Shown: piece after piece, positions 58,996 to 64,000 of the stretch
Numbering within the stretch: the stretch's first letter is position 1
How the letters are laid out: each line of letters opens with the position of its first letter
NCBI GenBank assembly: GCA_038087875.1
Contig: CM075987.1
Span: 25,732,001 to 25,796,000, forward strand
Source: Malacoraja senta
Taxonomy: Eukaryota
DNA length: 64,000 bases
Reading direction: 5' to 3'
Notes under the pieces: model-generated
What the model was told of the DNA's origin: nothing
The model's input: the letters and a program-made list of their open reading frames with translations, nothing else
Database searches by the model: none
Made by a program: the position numbers and the translations under genes

Positions 58996-59886
58996 TGAAG
59001 GACATCGTACCCAGAAGGAGCTTTAAGTCTACTGCAGTAACTTGTTACATATTGGCACAGGAAATAAAAATGATGGAATTGGTTTGTCATTGAACTCAAA
59101 TGAACTGAATGAGTACGAGATACTGATGTTTCACACGTAGTTGACACTGGCAAACAAAGATAATTTCTCCTCTGGTAATTCCAAGATCTTACAACCACTC
59201 TTCTAGTATTTCCATGGTATTGCATCTCTATGTCAATACCTTCTTTTGTCATTACTACAATTCTTTAAACTTGTTCAGTGCTCATCAAAAATCAGTTTTT
59301 GATCCAGCCCTGTAATTTCCTTGTGACTTGATACTGCTGTAGTCAATTATATCTGGTACAAGTTGTCAAGGAAACAGTGTCCAACATTAAACATGCAGGT
59401 CAGAAAGATCTCCATCAACTGTTTTCACATCACTGTTTCAGATTGCCTGCGTCGACTACAATTATACCGAATTGTGTTAACTCCTTATAAAACTGAAAGA
59501 GGTTTTCAAGGTGGCGAGGTGAATTGAGTTGAAATTAATTGATCACTTTATTGTCACGTGTGACAAGTCACAGTGAAATTCTTTGCTTGCGCACCCAAGG
59601 TATGCAAATAGTGGCCACATAAAGGACGTAGACAACTTCACAAAGTATCTCGCACCAGATCCACACTTTGATCTCCCCCTCCCCCCACTCACGGCAGTCC
59701 CTCCATTGTTTTTTAGTTTAGAGATACAGCGCGGAAACAGGCCCTTCGGCCCACCGAGTCACCGCAGACCAGCGATCCCCACATATTAACACCGTCCTAC
59801 ACACACTAGGGACAATTTTTACATTTACCAAGCCAATTTACCTACAAACCTGCACGTCTTTGGAGTGCGGGAGGAAAACCGGAGAG

Positions 59887-59968
59887 TGTGCACAATCAAA
59901 TAAGATCAAATAGAACTAGTTGTCCTACAACTTTAGGCTGTGCACGCCACACGCAAGAAGAAGAAGAT
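59887..59968 (+). mobile_element. 5'-truncated copy of the (AAG)n-tailed mini-retroelement (ribozyme head missing)
   Basis: gtgcacaatcaaataagatcaaatagaac...ctgtgcacgccacacgcaagaagaagaaga matches the reverse complement of 25082-25162. Confidence 0.85.
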
Positions 59969-60691
59969 AAAATCATACGGTCATATGTGATAGGAGCAGA
60001 ATTAGGCCATTTGGCCCATCAAGGCTACTCCGCCATTCAATCATGGCTGATCTATCTCTCCCTCCTAACCCCATTCGCTTGCCTTCTCCCCACAACCTCT
60101 GACATCCGTACTAATCAAGAATCTATCTGTCTCTGCCTTAAAAATATCCACTGACTTGGCCTCCACAGCCTTCTGTGGCAAAGAATTCCACAGATTCACC
60201 ACCCTCTGACTAAAGAAATTTCTCCTCATCTCCTTCCTAAAGAACGTCCTTTAATTCTGAGGCTGTGACCTCAGAAAGTCCTAGACTTTTCCATTAGTGG
60301 ATCTCGGAGAAAACCCACGCAGGTCACGGGGAGAATGTACAAACTCCGTACAGACAGTGCCCGCAGTCGGGATCGAACCCGGGTCTCAGGCGCTGCGCGT
60401 GCTGTAAGGCAGCAACTCTACCACTGCACCACAGTGCCGCCTTGCTCCCTGGAGGTCCGTCCTTGACCGCCAGCGCCCTCAGCGATCAAACTTGGTGAGC
60501 GCCACACCGACCTCCTCCACCATCACCACCGGGTCCCCTGGCACAGCGATAGAGTTGCTGCCTTTCAGCGCCAGGGACCCTGGTTCCATACTTACTTTGG
60601 GTGTTTGTCATAGTCATTGAGTCATAGTCATAGATTGACACAGTGTGGAAACAGGCCCTTCAGCCCTACTTACCCACACCGGCCAACATGT

Positions 60692-60819
60692 TTAATAAAG
60701 AACTGCAGATGCTGGTAAAATCAAAGGTAGATACGAAATGCTGGAGAAACTCAGCGGGTGAGGCAGCATCTTTGGAGAGAAGGAATTGGCGACGTTTCAG
60801 GTCGAGAACCTTCTTCAGA
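60692..60819 (-). mobile_element. Short Penelope 3' module
   Basis: 9-bp TSD ccaacatgt (60683-60691, 60820-60828); sense 5' end at tCTGAAGA. Confidence 0.82.
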
Positions 60820-61478
60820 CCAACATGTCCCAGCTACACTCAGCCCACCAGCCTGCATTTGGTCCATATCCCTCCAAACCGGTCCTACCCATGTATGTAC
60901 GGAGTGTGTACGTTCTCCCCGTGACCTGCGCGGGTTTTCCCCTAAATATTCGGTTTCCTCCCACACTCCAAAGACGCGCAGATCTGTAGGTTAATTGGCT
61001 TGGTGTAAATGTAAATTGCCCCTACTGTGTGTAGGGTAGACCCTGAAGAAGGGTCTCGACCCAAAACGTCACCCATTCCTTCTCTCCATAGATGCTGCCT
61101 CACCCGCTGAGTTACTCCAGCATTTTGTGTCTACATTCGATTTTATCCAGCATCTGCAGTTCTTTCTCACACAGGTTTGTAGGGAACTTGGCTTCTGTAA
61201 ATTGTAAAAAAAAATAATCCCCAGTGTGTAGGATAATGCTAGTATATGGGATAATTGCTGGTCGGTGTGGACTCGGTGGGCTGAAGGGCCTGTTTCCACT
61301 CTGCATCTCTGGAGTCTAAAGTACATCTGCATGCATGTAAATATGCAGAGCATGTATATGTATATTCAACGCCAAAGGAAATAAGCCTGTAACATATCTC
61401 TAACATCCACTTGTTGATATGGCTGAATATTGACAGATAGCTTTGGATATGTCAATGTTTGTGGAGCTGCTGCCTTAA

Positions 61479-61794
61479 AGCCCTGCCCACGGTACGAGTT
61501 CATTCCAAGAGCTCTCCCGAGTTTGCCCTGATTCGAACTCGGAGATTTACGGTAATGGCCACTCGTCGGTACCCGGGGCTCTCGTGGACATTTTTCAACG
61601 TGTTGAAAAATCTTCACGAGTCTTCCCGTGCTTACCTGCCGTTAGCGAGTCTTCTCGAGTACCTGCCATTCGCGCTAAGAGACGCCCCCGAGCTCCGACG
61701 TACCCGCTACGTTCATTCTCCGTGCTTACCACGAGTTTGATTTTTTTAAACTCGGGAGAGCTCTTGGAATGAACTTGTCCCGTGGGACAGGGCT
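61479..61794. mobile_element. PIF/Harbinger-type MITE, family C
   Basis: Same body and TIRs as 15982-16294. Confidence 0.85.
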
Positions 61795-61938
61795 ATAAAA
61801 ACACAATTGTTCCTAGCGTGTGCGATAGTGCTAGTGTATCGCTGTCCAGCGCGTACTCGGTGGGACAGAGGGCCTGCTTCCACTCTATCTCTAAAGACAT
61901 CCATCTCTCTGTATCTCTGCAAATATGCAGAGCATGTA

Positions 61939-62481
61939 GAGGAAGGAACTGCAGATGCTGGTTTACACCGCAGTGACACCAAAATGCTGGGGTAACTCAG
62001 CGGGGACAGGCGGCATCTCTGGAGAGAAGGAACGCGTGACGTTTCGGGTCGAGACCCTTCTTCAGCCTCAACCCGAAACGTCACCCATTCTTTCTCTCCA
62101 CAGATGCTGCCTGTACCCGCTGAGTAATACCCCTGTCCCACGGTGCGAGTTCATTCCAAGTGCTCTCCCGAGTTTAAAAAAAATCAAACTCGTGGTAAGC
62201 ACGGAGAATGAACGTAGCGGGTACGTCGGAGCTCGGGGACGTCTCTTAGCGGCTCGTAACGCTAACGGCAGGTACTCGGGAAGACTCGCTAACGGCAGGT
62301 AAGCACGGGGAGACTCGTGAAGATTTTTCAACATGATGAAAAATATCCACGAGAGCCCCGAGTACCGACGAGCGGCCATTACCGTAAATCTCCGAGTTCG
62401 AATCGGTGCAAACTCGGGAGAACTCGTGGAATGAACTCGTACCATGGGACAGGGCTTTTACTCCAGCATTTGGAGTCTGTC
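61939..62481. mobile_element. Head-to-head twin Penelope 3' modules with a nested MITE
   Basis: 13-bp TSD tgcagagcatgta (61926-61938, 62482-62494). Confidence 0.82.
62129..62456. mobile_element. PIF/Harbinger-type MITE, family C (opposite orientation)
   Basis: Splits gctgag-TTA-ctccagc of the Penelope module. Confidence 0.85.
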
Positions 62482-63016
62482 TGCAGAGCATGTATATATA
62501 TATACAGTATGTATGTATATTCCACTACAAAGGAAATAAGCCTCTTAAATTCCCACTTGTCTGTGGCTGAATATTGACAGATAGCTTGGGTAAGTCAATG
62601 GTTTTTCCTAAATGCAATATTTTTCACTTCAAATGACTTTAATTATTAAATCTGTTATTCACCATTTAAGGTCATTTACTAATTTACAGAGCCTTTCCCT
62701 CAGCAATCCATATCTGCATATTTGATTCTGTTGTTTTTAAAATGTTGCATTTGGAGAATTGCAACATATTCATAGCACCATGAACACCATTATTTTCAAG
62801 AGCAAGAGCAAGAGCTGTGGATCTGAATTGATATCGTTTCAATTATTCATGAATTAGCTTATTAAATCAATACTTTACCTTCTTTGATATTGAAATGCTG
62901 GAAACATTTTTCACTGATCCCGGTTTTAACATTCAAGTCTTGTAAGTCAAGATTTGCTTATTCAGATCACAAAATACTGATGTCACGACCGTGACTTCAT
63001 GATCACATGTTGTGTT

Positions 63017-63143
63017 AAAGAAGGAACTGCAGATGCTGGAAAATCGAAGGTAGACAAAAATGCTGGAGAAACTCAGCGGATGCAGCAGCATCTATGGAGC
63101 GAAGGAAATAGGCAACGTTTCGGGCCGAAACCCTTCTTCAGAC
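63017..63143 (-). mobile_element. Short Penelope 3' module with hammerhead-like motif
   Basis: Sense gtCTGAAGAagggtttcggcccGAAACGTTgcc. Confidence 0.82.
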
Positions 63144-63149
63144 ATTGTG

Positions 63150-63449
63150 CTTAGTTTCGTTTAGAGATACAGCGGGGAAACAGGCCCTTCGGCCCACCAA
63201 GTCCGCGCCGACCAGCCATTAATACTGTCCTACACCAGGGACATTTTTTACATTTATACCAAGCCAATTAACCTACAAACCTGTACGTCTTCGGAGTGTG
63301 GGTGGATACCGAAGATCTCGGAGAAAACCCACGCAGGTCACGGGGAGAACGTACAAACTTCGTACAGACTAGCACCCGTAGTCGGGATCGAACCCGGGTC
63401 TCTGGCGCTGTGAGGCAGCAACTCTACCGCTGCGCCAGCGTGCCGCCCT
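63150..63449 (-). mobile_element. V-SINE (HE1-like), full length
   Basis: Reverse-strand head, V-domain and tail. Confidence 0.88.
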
Positions 63450-64000
63450 AGTGCAGAGGAACAGTTGGGTCTATGTTGGTGATGCAGAGTGTTTGAGTGA
63501 CTGCAGATCACATTAACTCGTACTTCAGTACGAGAACCTTAGCTTCACCTGCCCAATCAATCAGTTTCGCAAACACTGAACACAGCGTTGCCTTGAAGTC
63601 GAGAAGGCAGACCTGAAAATAAAATCCCAAAATGTTTCATGAATCAGAATGCTGTCAGAAGTCCATTGTAATACTGACCAAAAGCGTTGGATTAAAAATT
63701 GTACCTCATCAATCACGTTATTGATTTTTATTTTCCTTCCGGTAAATAAAAAAGCTCTTTAGAACTTCCAACATACAAATAAGTATGGAGCAGAATCGTT
63801 ATGCTCTGAGAAATTGTGCTAATAGCAAATTTTAGATGGATTAAATATTGTCTGTACGAAACAATTACACTGAGTACATTGTCCTATCATAAGTAGCAAA
63901 CTCGTTTTCAGATCTCTAAGGAGAGGTATTATGAGCTTACCATTACACATTCTCCACGTGGCTTATTGTTTCCAAAGCAATTATGTAACTAGCTGTGTAG

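Overview
Repeat-dense, gene-free vertebrate DNA, most likely from a skate or ray (Chondrichthyes). This is inferred from HE1/V-SINE-type tRNA-derived SINEs with CR1 (HER1-like) tails and CR1 LINEs with an esterase ORF1. I found no host protein-coding exon; almost all long ORFs are transposon or microsatellite read-throughs. The window holds: a near-intact 5.4-kb CR1 LINE with tandem arrays in its 5' UTR (18425-23833, minus) and a 5'-truncated sister copy; a Penelope-like RT/GIY-YIG fragment plus more than 30 short Penelope 3' modules carrying minimal hammerhead-ribozyme motifs, several inserted as head-to-head twins bounded by one TSD; four PIF/Harbinger MITE families plus a longer derivative with a transposase relic; Tc1, L1, Rex1/Babar and Daphne/L2-group fragments; and long (CA)n tracts. 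The most striking item is a 143-bp TSD-flanked mini-retroelement (25082-25224, minus) whose first 54 nt fold as a complete minimal HDV-like ribozyme, with the predicted cleavage site exactly at the element's 5' boundary. All family assignments come from motif recognition, not database searches. Boundaries of degenerate repeats are approximate.
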